A DNA stretch of 64,000 nt. It comes from Deltaproteobacteria bacterium (lineage in GTDB: Bacteria > Myxococcota_A > Polyangia > Haliangiales > JADYYK01). Of this stretch, positions 55,945-64,000 are shown in pieces. The notes under the pieces were generated by a model. The model was given only the letters and a program-made list of their open reading frames with translations. It was not told where the DNA came from and ran no database searches. The first letter of the stretch is position 1. The number at the start of each line of letters is the position of its first letter. The translations under genes and the position numbers were made by a program. The stretch lies in NCBI GenBank assembly GCA_020853705.1, contig JADYYK010000245.1, forward strand, positions 7,943 through 71,942, written 5' to 3'.

Positions 55945-56141
55945 ATGCCGTACCGGACAAGTCCCCGTCGAGATCCCGTAGCGCTGGCCCAGTGTGACGC
56001 CCTCGAGGAGGTGCTGCGGCGGCGGCACCAGCGCGCCAGATGGGTGCTGGTGGGCCTCGCGCTGCTGGCCGTGCTCGGCGCCACGGGTATGTGTGTCTGG
56101 AGTCAGGTTCAGCCGTCCTCGCACAACGGTGGAGCACGCTG

Positions 56142-56142
<1 letters not shown>
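55945..56142 (+). CDS. small membrane protein (65 aa), hypothetical, translationally coupled to the ComEA-like gene
   Basis: RBS ggag sits 6 nt upstream of the ATG. It has one TM helix (WVLVGLALLAVLGATGMCVW). Its TGA overlaps the ATG of the next gene (TGATG). Confidence 0.4.
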
Positions 56143-56678
<536 letters not shown>

Positions 56679-56742
56679 TCGCGACTGACATACGCATACG
56701 CCCTACGATTGGTCGCGGGACGTTGCGAGATTTTTCGAGGCG

Positions 56743-59700
56743 TTGTACCGTGTCGGAGGCGCGGCCGTGCGCCCTCGAGCGATGCCCCTGGCCGATCAAA
56801 GCCTCCCTTCAGCAGCAGACCTGGCCGCCCGTGAGGAGGCCTACCGCCGGAACCCGCGTTCCGATGCGGCGGTCGGGCTGGCTGACGCCTACTGTGCGCT
56901 CGGGCGCTATGCCGAGGCGGCCGACCTGTGCCAGAAGGGGCTGCTGCACATGCCCGACTCGGTCGGGACGCGGCTGGCGCTGGGGCGGGCCTACGTCGGC
57001 CTGCAGCAGTGGCGCGAGGCGCAGACCGAGCTCCTCAAGGTGGTCAAGCTCGACCGCAGCTCGGTCGAGGGCTTCCGCCTGCTCGGCGAGGCCCTGATGC
57101 GGCGCAGCGACTTCGAGCGCGCCTTGCCCATCCTGCAGCACGCCCAGAACCTGGCCCCCGCGGACGCGCGGGTGCTGCAGATGCTCAAGCGTGCCCGCGA
57201 GGGGCGCGCCCTCGATCCGCCCAGCGCGCCGGCGCCCGTCGCAGCGCCGCCACCGGCGCCCGCCGCGCCCCCTGCCGCGGCCCCGCGCGCCGCCGCGCGC
57301 CCCAGGCCGGGCCACGACTTCGAGGCCCAGATGACCAAGGTCGCCGCCGATGACTATGGCGGCCACCTGGATCAGGGCTCGGACGCAGGCTTCCCCGATG
57401 AGGCGGCGGCACGGACCCAGGTCCGGGGCAGCGCGGGTCGCCCGGCGCCAGCGCCGAGCCAGGGTGACGACGACAACCTGCCGACCCGGGTCGGCTTCGA
57501 CGCCGGGCAGCCCAGCGCCGGCCGTGGCGACGCCACCGTGCCGCACATGGAGCTCGGTGAGGACGTCGGCACCGTGCGCCGGGCCATGCCCGCCGCCGCG
57601 CCCCCACGTCCAGCCCCGCCGGCACCGCCGGCCGCGCGCAAGCCGCCCGCACCACCCGCGTCACCGCCGCCTGCCGCGGCACGATCGGCGTCACCGCCGG
57701 TCCCGCCGGCGCGCCCCCAGCCACCCGCCGCACCGGCGCGCCCGGCCGCGCCCGCACCGGCGGCCGCTGCGCCACCGCCCGCACCGGTTGCCCCGCCCGC
57801 CGCGCCGCGCGCTGCCGCGCAGGTCGCCAAGATCCCGCTCAAGAAGCCCGATGCACCGGCGGCGCCGTCGCGCACCGCGCCCCGGGGCGTGCAGCGCATC
57901 GAGTCGGCCGACATCGACGAGTCGTCCGCCGCACCCGCCGCGCACGCCGCCGCGCCCTCGCTGGTGGTCGATGTCGACGCCGACCTGGGCGGCGCAGATC
58001 AGGGCGAGACGGTCGCCGCGCGCAGCGCCGCCCGCAAGGAGCCGCCCCGCAAGCCGGCGCGGCCAGAGCCGGCGCCGTCCGAGGAGGTCTCCTTCGGGGA
58101 CGCCGACGATCCCGCCTCCGCCGCGCTGGCCGCCACCCTCGGCGCGCCCGCGCCCGCGCCCGCCAGGCCGGCCAGGCCGGCCAAGCCGGCCGCCCGGCCC
58201 GCCGCCGAGGCCGACGCTGGTGGTGACGGCGACGCCGAGGCGCCCGCCCGCGGCCCGGCCAAGAAGGCCGCCCCGCGCGAGGCCCAGGCCCCCGGCGCCA
58301 CGGTCATGGTCGCGCAGGCCATGCAGCGCGCCGGCGCCAACCACGAGGACTTCCTGAACACGCTGCTGGGCGCCGGCCTGGTCAGCGTGCCCGGGGTGCA
58401 GGCGCGCTCCGACGACGAGCTCAAGCTGGCCGAGCTCGGCCCTGGCAAGCGCTGGGGCCGCTCGATCACCGGCGCCATGATCTTCATCTGGGTCCTGGTC
58501 GCGGGCCTGGGCGCTGGCGGCTACTTCGGCTGGCGCTACTGGAAGCAGCTGCAGTACAAGGCGGTGACCCGCTACCTGGCCGACACCAGCACCAAGCTGG
58601 AGACCGGCGGCCACGGCTCGATCCAGGGCAGCGGTGGCGCGCTCGACCTGGTGCGCAAGGCCATCAAGAAGGAGACCTCGCTGCGCACCCTGGCCGCCAG
58701 CGCGCTGGTGCAGGGGATCTTGCTTCGCGACTACGGCGAGGGCAACGACAACACCTTCGCGCTGCTGGTCGGGCAGCTGAAGAAGAAGATCGAGACCCGC
58801 AAGGTGCCGCTGACGCGCCCCGAGGCGCTGGCCGCGCGCATCGCCGAGAGCGTGCAGCTGTCGCGGCGGCGCGACACCGCGGGCGCCGTCCAGCTGATGA
58901 CCGAGGCGGTCGCCGCGCACCCGCGCGACATCCAGGCCCTGACCGCGCTGGCCATGGCCGAGGTCGCCGCCGGCGACCGGGTGTCGGCGCGCAGCCACGC
59001 CGAGACCGCGACCCAGCTCAGCCCGCGCGCCGCCACGGCGCTGTCGCTGCTGGGCGACATCGAGCTCGACGACGGCGACTACAAGGGCGCGCTGGCGCAC
59101 TATGACGCCGCGCTGGCCATCGACCCGCGGCACCCGCTGGCGCTGCTCGGCCGGGGCCTGCTGCGCATCGAGCACGCGCGGGAGCTCGACAAGGTCATGG
59201 CCGACGTCAACACCGGCCTGTCGCAGGCGCAGACGCCGCGCATCGAGATGTGGAAACACCTCGCGCTGGGTGAGTACTACCTGTACCGCGAGGAGGACGA
59301 GACCCTGGCCGACAAGGAGCTCGACGCGGCCGAGAAGGGCGCCATCACCGACACCCGCTACCTCTTGCGCCTGGGGCTGGCCCGCCTGTGGGAGGGTCAC
59401 CTGGAGAGCGCCGCGCGCGCCCGCGACAGCGCGGTGCAGCTGGGCGGCGAGGGCTGGCTGAAGCATCCCCTGATCCAGACCATCGACGCCGAGCTGCAGC
59501 TGGCGCGCGATCAGCCCGCCGAGGCTGCCAAGCTGGTGGGCCAGAGCGGCCAGGCGGCGCCGCGCCTGCTGTATGCGCGCGCGCGCACCATGCTGCGCCT
59601 CGACCAGCCCGGCGACGCCATGGCGGTGCTGCAGACGTTGATCGAGGAGTCCCCCGACGACGCCCTGGGCAAGGCCTATCTGGAGCTGGCGCGCGGGCTG

Positions 59701-60258
59701 TCCACCAAGGACAAGCTAGAGCGCGAGTCGGCCCGGGAGTCGCTCAAGAAGCTGTCCCTGGCGTCCAAGACCGGCCTGCCGCGCGCGCTGCTGGGCGAGC
59801 TCCTGCTCAGCCTGAACGACCCCGGCGCGGCCCGCCGCGAGCTGGAGCAGGGTCTGACCCAGAACCCCGAGGTCTATCGCACCCGCGTGCTGCTGTCGCG
59901 CGCCTACGCCGCCGAGGGCCAGAAGGACAAGGCCCAGGCCGCGCTGGAGGAGGCGGTCAAGGAGAACCCCGCCTTCCTGTCGGCGACCTCCGAGCTGGGC
60001 AAGCTGCTGGTCAGCGTGGGCCGCCAGGCCGAGGCCATCCCGCTGCTGGAGCGCGTGCGCGAGCAGGGCAAGGCGGGCTGGCGCGAGGAGCTGGCGCTGG
60101 CCGAGGCCTACGTGCCGACCGATCCGGCGCGCGCCAAGGAGGCGCTGGATCGCGCCGCCACCATGCCCGGCGTGTCCGAGAGCGAGCTCGAGCGGGTGTC
60201 CGACCTCATGACGCCAAAGGACGCTCCCGCGCCGCCCAAGCGCCGCCGCGGCCGCTAG
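56743..60258 (+). CDS. large TPR-repeat protein with a Pro/Ala-rich low-complexity region and one TM helix
   Basis: 1171 aa. N-terminal TPRs (AYCALGRYAEAADLCQKGL...). A Pro/Ala-rich region of about 300 aa. A TM helix ITGAMIFIWVLVAGLGAGGYFGW. Then a C-terminal TPR array of about 600 aa. The start may be M14 at 56782. Confidence 0.7.
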   Translation: MYRVGGAAVRPRAMPLADQSLPSAADLAAREEAYRRNPRSDAAVGLADAYCALGRYAEAADLCQKGLLHMPDSVGTRLALGRAYVGLQQWREAQTELLKVVKLDRSSVEGFRLLGEALMRRSDFERALPILQHAQNLAPADARVLQMLKRAREGRALDPPSAPAPVAAPPPAPAAPPAAAPRAAARPRPGHDFEAQMTKVAADDYGGHLDQGSDAGFPDEAAARTQVRGSAGRPAPAPSQGDDDNLPTRVGFDAGQPSAGRGDATVPHMELGEDVGTVRRAMPAAAPPRPAPPAPPAARKPPAPPASPPPAAARSASPPVPPARPQPPAAPARPAAPAPAAAAPPPAPVAPPAAPRAAAQVAKIPLKKPDAPAAPSRTAPRGVQRIESADIDESSAAPAAHAAAPSLVVDVDADLGGADQGETVAARSAARKEPPRKPARPEPAPSEEVSFGDADDPASAALAATLGAPAPAPARPARPAKPAARPAAEADAGGDGDAEAPARGPAKKAAPREAQAPGATVMVAQAMQRAGANHEDFLNTLLGAGLVSVPGVQARSDDELKLAELGPGKRWGRSITGAMIFIWVLVAGLGAGGYFGWRYWKQLQYKAVTRYLADTSTKLETGGHGSIQGSGGALDLVRKAIKKETSLRTLAASALVQGILLRDYGEGNDNTFALLVGQLKKKIETRKVPLTRPEALAARIAESVQLSRRRDTAGAVQLMTEAVAAHPRDIQALTALAMAEVAAGDRVSARSHAETATQLSPRAATALSLLGDIELDDGDYKGALAHYDAALAIDPRHPLALLGRGLLRIEHARELDKVMADVNTGLSQAQTPRIEMWKHLALGEYYLYREEDETLADKELDAAEKGAITDTRYLLRLGLARLWEGHLESAARARDSAVQLGGEGWLKHPLIQTIDAELQLARDQPAEAAKLVGQSGQAAPRLLYARARTMLRLDQPGDAMAVLQTLIEESPDDALGKAYLELARGLSTKDKLERESARESLKKLSLASKTGLPRALLGELLLSLNDPGAARRELEQGLTQNPEVYRTRVLLSRAYAAEGQKDKAQAALEEAVKENPAFLSATSELGKLLVSVGRQAEAIPLLERVREQGKAGWREELALAEAYVPTDPARAKEALDRAATMPGVSESELERVSDLMTPKDAPAPPKRRRGR

Positions 60259-60295
60259 TCCGCCACGCCCTCCGTCACTCCGCCACTCCTCCCTG

Positions 60296-60913
60296 CTACA
60301 GATGGTCGAAGATGTCGATCGGCCCCTTGCCCTCGCGGATGATCTCCAGCTGATCGTCGATCAGCGAGATCACCGTGGACGGCGCGGTGTCACACAGTCC
60401 GCCGTCGACCAGGATGTCGATCTGGTGCTCGTAGCGGTCGCGCACGTCCTCGGCGTCGCCCAGCCCCTCGCCCTCGGCGCCGGTGGCGCTGGTCGACACG
60501 ATGGGGCGCCCCAGCTCGGCCAGGATGGCCTGCACCACGAGGTTGTCGGGGATGCGCACGCCGACCTGCTTGCGCTTGTCCATCAGCGCGCGCGGCACCC
60601 AGCGCTTGGCGGGCAGCACCACGGTGTAGGGGCCAGGCAGGATCTTCTTGCACACCTGGTAGGCGAGATCGCTGAGCACGGCGTACTGCGAGACCTCGGC
60701 CAGGGTGGGGAACAGGAAGGCCAGCTTGCGGTCCTCGCGCATGCCCTTGATGTGGTACAGGCGGTCGACGGCGCCGCGCTCGGTCATGTCGCAGCCCAGG
60801 CCGTACACGGTGTCGGTCGGGTAGGCCAGGACCTCGCCCTTCTGCAGGTGCTCGACCGCGAAGCGCACCTTGCGGGGCTCGGGGTGCACGGGATCGATGA
60901 CGACACGCTGCAT
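60296..60913 (-). CDS. tsaC: L-threonylcarbamoyladenylate synthase (TsaC/YrdC/Sua5 family)
   Basis: The 205 aa (...EVLAYPTDTVYGLGCD...VSTSATGAEG...) carry the YrdC-domain signature. Confidence 0.8.
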   Translation of the reverse strand: MQRVVIDPVHPEPRKVRFAVEHLQKGEVLAYPTDTVYGLGCDMTERGAVDRLYHIKGMREDRKLAFLFPTLAEVSQYAVLSDLAYQVCKKILPGPYTVVLPAKRWVPRALMDKRKQVGVRIPDNLVVQAILAELGRPIVSTSATGAEGEGLGDAEDVRDRYEHQIDILVDGGLCDTAPSTVISLIDDQLEIIREGKGPIDIFDHL

Positions 60914-60939
60914 GGCGGGGCGGATTCTACGCGATCACG

Positions 60940-61575
60940 TCAGGGACGCGCGGGCGGAGGTGTCGGCTGCGCCGCCGGCTTGCGGCGCAGGCCGACCACG
61001 AAGACCTCGATCGACTCCTTGCGCGAGCTCTTGGGCTTGACGATCTTGACCTCCTCGAAGCTGGCGCGACAGCGCTGCACCAGCTGCTGGAAGCCGCCGC
61101 CCTGGAAGATCTTGCCCACGAAGTGGCCGCCCGGCGCCAGCAGCGCCTCGGCCAGGCCGAGGGCGTGCTCGAACAGCGCCTCCGAGCGCGCCTGGTCGGT
61201 CTGACGCACGCCGGTGGTGTCGGGCGCCATGTCCGACAGCACGGCGTCGAATGCCGCCAGGTCGCCGCGCAGCGCCTCCAGCGGGGTCTGGTAGATGTCA
61301 CCCACCATCAGGCGCGCGCCCGGGATGCTGACCTCGAGCGGGTTGCGATCGATGCCCACCAGCGCACCCTTGGCGCCGACCACCCGCGCGGCGTACTGCA
61401 GCCACGACCCCGGCGCGCAGCCGAGGTCGAGCACCCGCGCCCCGGCGCGCAGCACGTGGTGGCGCTGGTCGATCTCCTCCAGCTTGAAGGCGGCGCGCGC
61501 GGCCAGCCCCTCCTGCTTGGCGCGACGCCAGTAGGCGTCGTGGCGACGGTCGCGATCTCCGAGCTTGGAACCCAT
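60940..61575 (-). CDS. rlmE: 23S rRNA (uridine-2'-O)-methyltransferase RlmE (FtsJ)
   Basis: [12 protein letters not shown]-like N-terminus ([20 protein letters not shown]). Motif I is [14 protein letters not shown]. The DMAP motif reads [12 protein letters not shown] catalytic Lys sits in [10 protein letters not shown]. Confidence 0.85.
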   Translation of the reverse strand: MGSKLGDRDRRHDAYWRRAKQEGLAARAAFKLEEIDQRHHVLRAGARVLDLGCAPGSWLQYAARVVGAKGALVGIDRNPLEVSIPGARLMVGDIYQTPLEALRGDLAAFDAVLSDMAPDTTGVRQTDQARSEALFEHALGLAEALLAPGGHFVGKIFQGGGFQQLVQRCRASFEEVKIVKPKSSRKESIEVFVVGLRRKPAAQPTPPPARP

Positions 61576-61602
61576 GGTCTGGCGTGTGGCCCTGGTTGTG
61601 AC

Positions 61603-61640
61603 CCCGAAAACGACGCGGCGCGACCGAAGCCGCGCCGCGT
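61603..61640 (-). terminator. Rho-independent terminator downstream of rplC
   Basis: On the minus strand there is a perfect 10-bp stem (acgcggcgcg / cgcgccgcgt) with an 8-nt loop, followed by CGUUUUC. It lies 20 nt after the rplC stop. Confidence 0.6.
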
Positions 61641-61659
61641 TCGAACCTTGCTGGGTGGC

Positions 61660-62406
61660 CTACTTCTTGGGCTTGGCCGCGCCGGCGCCGGCCTTCGACG
61701 CCTTCATCGGGTTCTTGGAGGCCTGCTCCTTGATCTCGTACGAGCGGCGCTTGTAGGTGTCCTGCTTGACCGAGCCACGCACGACCACGTAGTCGCTGTT
61801 GGCGCCCGGGATGGAGCCGCGGATCAGGAGCACGTTCTGGTCATCGACGATCTCGACCAGCTCCAGGTTCTGGATGGTCTTGTTCTCGGTGCCCATGTGC
61901 GAGCTCATGCGCTTGCCCTTGTGCACGCGACCGGGCGTCATGCGGCAGCCGATCGAGCCGCCATGGCGGAAGAACTCGTGGGTACCGTGGCCGTTCACGA
62001 AGCCCTGCATCTTGTGCAGCTTCATGACGCCCTGGTAGCCCTTGCCCTTGGAGGTGCCGGTGACGTCGAGGCTGGCGCCGACCGTGAAGACGTCGGACAT
62101 CTTCAGGACCTGGCCGGGCTGGAACTTGGCGGCGACCTCCGCGGGGACGCGGATCTCGTGCAGCTTGCGCTGCGCCTTGACGCCCTGCTTCTTGAAGTAG
62201 CCCATCTCGGGGCGCTTCACCAGGCGGGCCGGCTTCTCGGCATAGCCGAGCTGCACGGCGGCGTAGCCATGCTTGTCCGGGGTGCGCACGTTGACGACGA
62301 CGTTGTCGCCGGCGTGCACGACGGTGACCGGGCAGCGGTTACCGTCGGAGAGAAAGATCTGCGTCATGCCGAGCTTCTTACCCAGAAGCCCCATCTTCAA
62401 GGCCAT
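61660..62406 (-). CDS. rplC: 50S ribosomal protein L3 with a roughly 35-aa Lys-rich C-terminal extension, stand-alone (not in an S10 operon context)
   Basis: MALKMGLLGKKLGMTQIF...DVTGTSKGKGYQGVMK...GSIG...PGRVHKGKRMSSHMG is clear L3. The 248 aa (versus about 210 for a typical L3) end in ...KRRSYEIKEQASKNPMKASKAGAGAAKPKK. I started at M140 of the listed ORF. Confidence 0.85.
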   Translation of the reverse strand: MALKMGLLGKKLGMTQIFLSDGNRCPVTVVHAGDNVVVNVRTPDKHGYAAVQLGYAEKPARLVKRPEMGYFKKQGVKAQRKLHEIRVPAEVAAKFQPGQVLKMSDVFTVGASLDVTGTSKGKGYQGVMKLHKMQGFVNGHGTHEFFRHGGSIGCRMTPGRVHKGKRMSSHMGTENKTIQNLELVEIVDDQNVLLIRGSIPGANSDYVVVRGSVKQDTYKRRSYEIKEQASKNPMKASKAGAGAAKPKK

Positions 62407-62488
62407 GTTCTTGCTCCGGAATCCTGCCCGACTCAGACGCGGGCGCAGTTGCCAAGGGCTGGATGTGTAGCCGGACCCGGGCGGGGTG

Positions 62489-63340
62489 TCAAGCCTTTCC
62501 AGCGCTTGGCAGGCGGTACAGCCGGGCGGCGTTGGCGCCGCTGATGCGGGCCAGCTCGGCGGCGGGGCGCCCGAGGAGCTCGGCGAGGAACTCGACCGTG
62601 TGGCGCAGATAGGCGGGTTCGTTGCGCTTTCCGCGCAAGGGCAGGGGCGCCAGGTAGGGACAGTCGGTCTCCACCAGGAGGCGCTCGAGCGGGACGCGCA
62701 GGGCGGCCTGGCGCAGCTCCTCGGCGGTCTTGAAGGTGACGATGCCGCTGAACGAGACGTCGATCCCCATGTCGACATAGGCCTCGGCGTCGGCCGGGGT
62801 GCCGGTGAAGCAGTGGATGACACAGCCGAGCTCGGCGGCGCGGCCGGCGCGCAGGATGGCGCGGGCGTCCTCGTGGGCGTCGCGGATGTGGCAGCACACC
62901 GGCTGACCCGCGGCGCGGGCCAGGTCGATGAAGCGCGCGAAGGCGTCGCGCTGGGTCTGGCGCGGCGACAGGTCGTAGTGATAGTCGAGGCCGGTCTCGC
63001 CGACGGCGACCACGCGGGGGGCGCGCGCCAGCTCGGCCATGCGGGTCCAGGTGGCGTCGGTCATGTGCACGACGTCGTGGGGGTGGATGCCGATGCTGGC
63101 CCAGATCTCGACCGGGCCGGCGGCGTGGGCGGCGGCCAGGGCCACCGCGCGCTCGGCGGTGGCGACGTCCGGGCCGCTGCCGATGCACACCAGGCGACGC
63201 ACCCCGGCGGCCAGGGCGCGCGCCAGCACGGCGTCGCGATCGGCGTCGAACTCGCTGCCATCGACGTGGGCATGCGAGTCGAACAGGTCGAGAGCATTGC
63301 CCGAATCATTCTGATTCGGGCTGGGCTCTCGCCTCACCAC
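62489..63340 (-). CDS. tatD: TatD-family metal-dependent hydrolase (DNase)
   Basis: LDLFDSHAHV, VAVGETGLDY, QPVCCHIRDAHED, IHCFTG and LLVETDCPYL are the canonical TatD His/Glu/Asp motifs. The GTG start (VVRREPS...) is uncertain by about 15 codons. The upstream part of the listed ORF is artefact. Confidence 0.8.
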   Translation of the reverse strand: MVRREPSPNQNDSGNALDLFDSHAHVDGSEFDADRDAVLARALAAGVRRLVCIGSGPDVATAERAVALAAAHAAGPVEIWASIGIHPHDVVHMTDATWTRMAELARAPRVVAVGETGLDYHYDLSPRQTQRDAFARFIDLARAAGQPVCCHIRDAHEDARAILRAGRAAELGCVIHCFTGTPADAEAYVDMGIDVSFSGIVTFKTAEELRQAALRVPLERLLVETDCPYLAPLPLRGKRNEPAYLRHTVEFLAELLGRPAAELARISGANAARLYRLPSAGKA

Positions 63341-63449
63341 GAGGCTGCGCCCCGCCCCATTGGGACAAGCCCAACGGGGCCCCACCCGCTCGCGGCCGGA
63401 CTCCCGGCCGGGGCCGCTGTGCGGCCATTCAGAGCGTGGCGATGGTGGC

Positions 63450-64000
63450 TCACTCGGCGGCCTCGATGGGGCGGGCGCGACCGGCCAGCTCGGCGCGGGC
63501 CTCCTCGATGGAGCCGCGCACGTCGGCGCGGCGGCTCTTGCCCAGGCGCGCCAGCACGTGCTCGCCGCGTGGGTCGCCCAGGGCGGCCAGGTTGGCGGCG
63601 GCCCAGACCTTGAGCAGCGGGTGGCCGAAGAAGCGATCGACCACGCGCACACAGGCGGCCTTGATGGCGGCGAGCTCGGGCGCGCTGGCGCCGGCCTCGG
63701 TGCCCTCGCCGCGCTGGCGAGCGCCGCGCAGCACCGGCAGCGCCGCCATCAGCGCGCTGAGGCCGACGTCGAGGTCGCGGCCGCCGGCCAGCTCGGCCAG
63801 GCCGGGCAGGCTGCGCCGGTCACCCAGCTGGGCCAGCGCGATGGCGGCCTCGGCGCGGGTCTCGCGGCGCTTGTCGCCCAGCACGGCGGCCAGGGCGTCG
63901 GCCGAGGCGGGATCGCCGACCTGACCCAGCGCGGTGGCCGCGGCCTCGCGCACCTCGGCGTCGCTGTCGCCGAGGGCGCGCTCGAGCAGCGGGCGCGCGC
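63450..64000 (-). CDS. HEAT/PBS-lyase-repeat protein, C-terminal part; the gene probably continues beyond the window edge
   Basis: HEAT-like repeats (TRAEAAIALAQLGDRRSLPGLAEL; ATALGQVGDPASADALAAVL). The frame stays open to position 64000. Confidence 0.4.
   Translation of the reverse strand, partial: ARPLLERALGDSDAEVREAAATALGQVGDPASADALAAVLGDKRRETRAEAAIALAQLGDRRSLPGLAELAGGRDLDVGLSALMAALPVLRGARQRGEGTEAGASAPELAAIKAACVRVVDRFFGHPLLKVWAAANLAALGDPRGEHVLARLGKSRRADVRGSIEEARAELAGRARPIEAAE

Overview
This is a high-GC (about 70%) chromosomal segment. I read it as Myxococcota-like, because it encodes an MJ0042-type zinc-ribbon protein with an AgmX/PglI-like C-terminal domain and many TPR, FHA, HEAT and lipoprotein genes with LxGC lipoboxes. 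I call about 60 protein genes, one tRNA-Cys(GCA), several promoter and terminator candidates, and several repeat loci. Recognisable housekeeping genes are serA, hisZ, purA, recG, lysC, cimA (citramalate/isopropylmalate synthase family), rplC, rlmE, tsaC, tatD and cutA. A tightly coupled minus-strand cluster spans 11.4-22.8 kb, with many 1-4 nt start/stop overlaps. It joins an Mla/MCE-type lipid transporter (two MCE proteins, one permease, two ABC ATPases) to a TPR lipoprotein, threonine aldolase, a Reg_prop-like propeller lipoprotein, an LPG-synthase-TM (flippase-like) protein, a UDP-sugar dehydrogenase and a PHP-type tyrosine phosphatase. The most unusual content is a bacterial homolog of the eukaryotic major vault protein at 30720-33281. 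A 2H-phosphoesterase-like gene follows it directly. Next to that sits a lower-GC islet encoding an ABC/SMC-type AAA ATPase and a small Toprim- or PD-(D/E)xK-like partner, which I read as a candidate two-gene defence module. Nearby is an IS200/RAYT-like HuH transposase remnant flanked by a cluster of 22-nt direct repeats. A (GAGCAC)n hexanucleotide microsatellite occurs at five loci, always in the same orientation. At two of them it lies in-frame inside genes and encodes Ser-Thr linkers (in HisZ and in a ComEA-like protein). Other noteworthy items are tandem coiled-coil membrane-protein paralogs, two aspartokinases, a stand-alone rplC with a C-terminal extension, a stand-alone biotinyl-domain protein, and a HAMP-PP2C phosphatase translationally coupled to a TonB-dependent receptor. 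Many long ORFs in the six-frame track are antisense or frame-shifted artefacts of high GC content and were not called. Coordinates were derived by codon counting from the ORF track.
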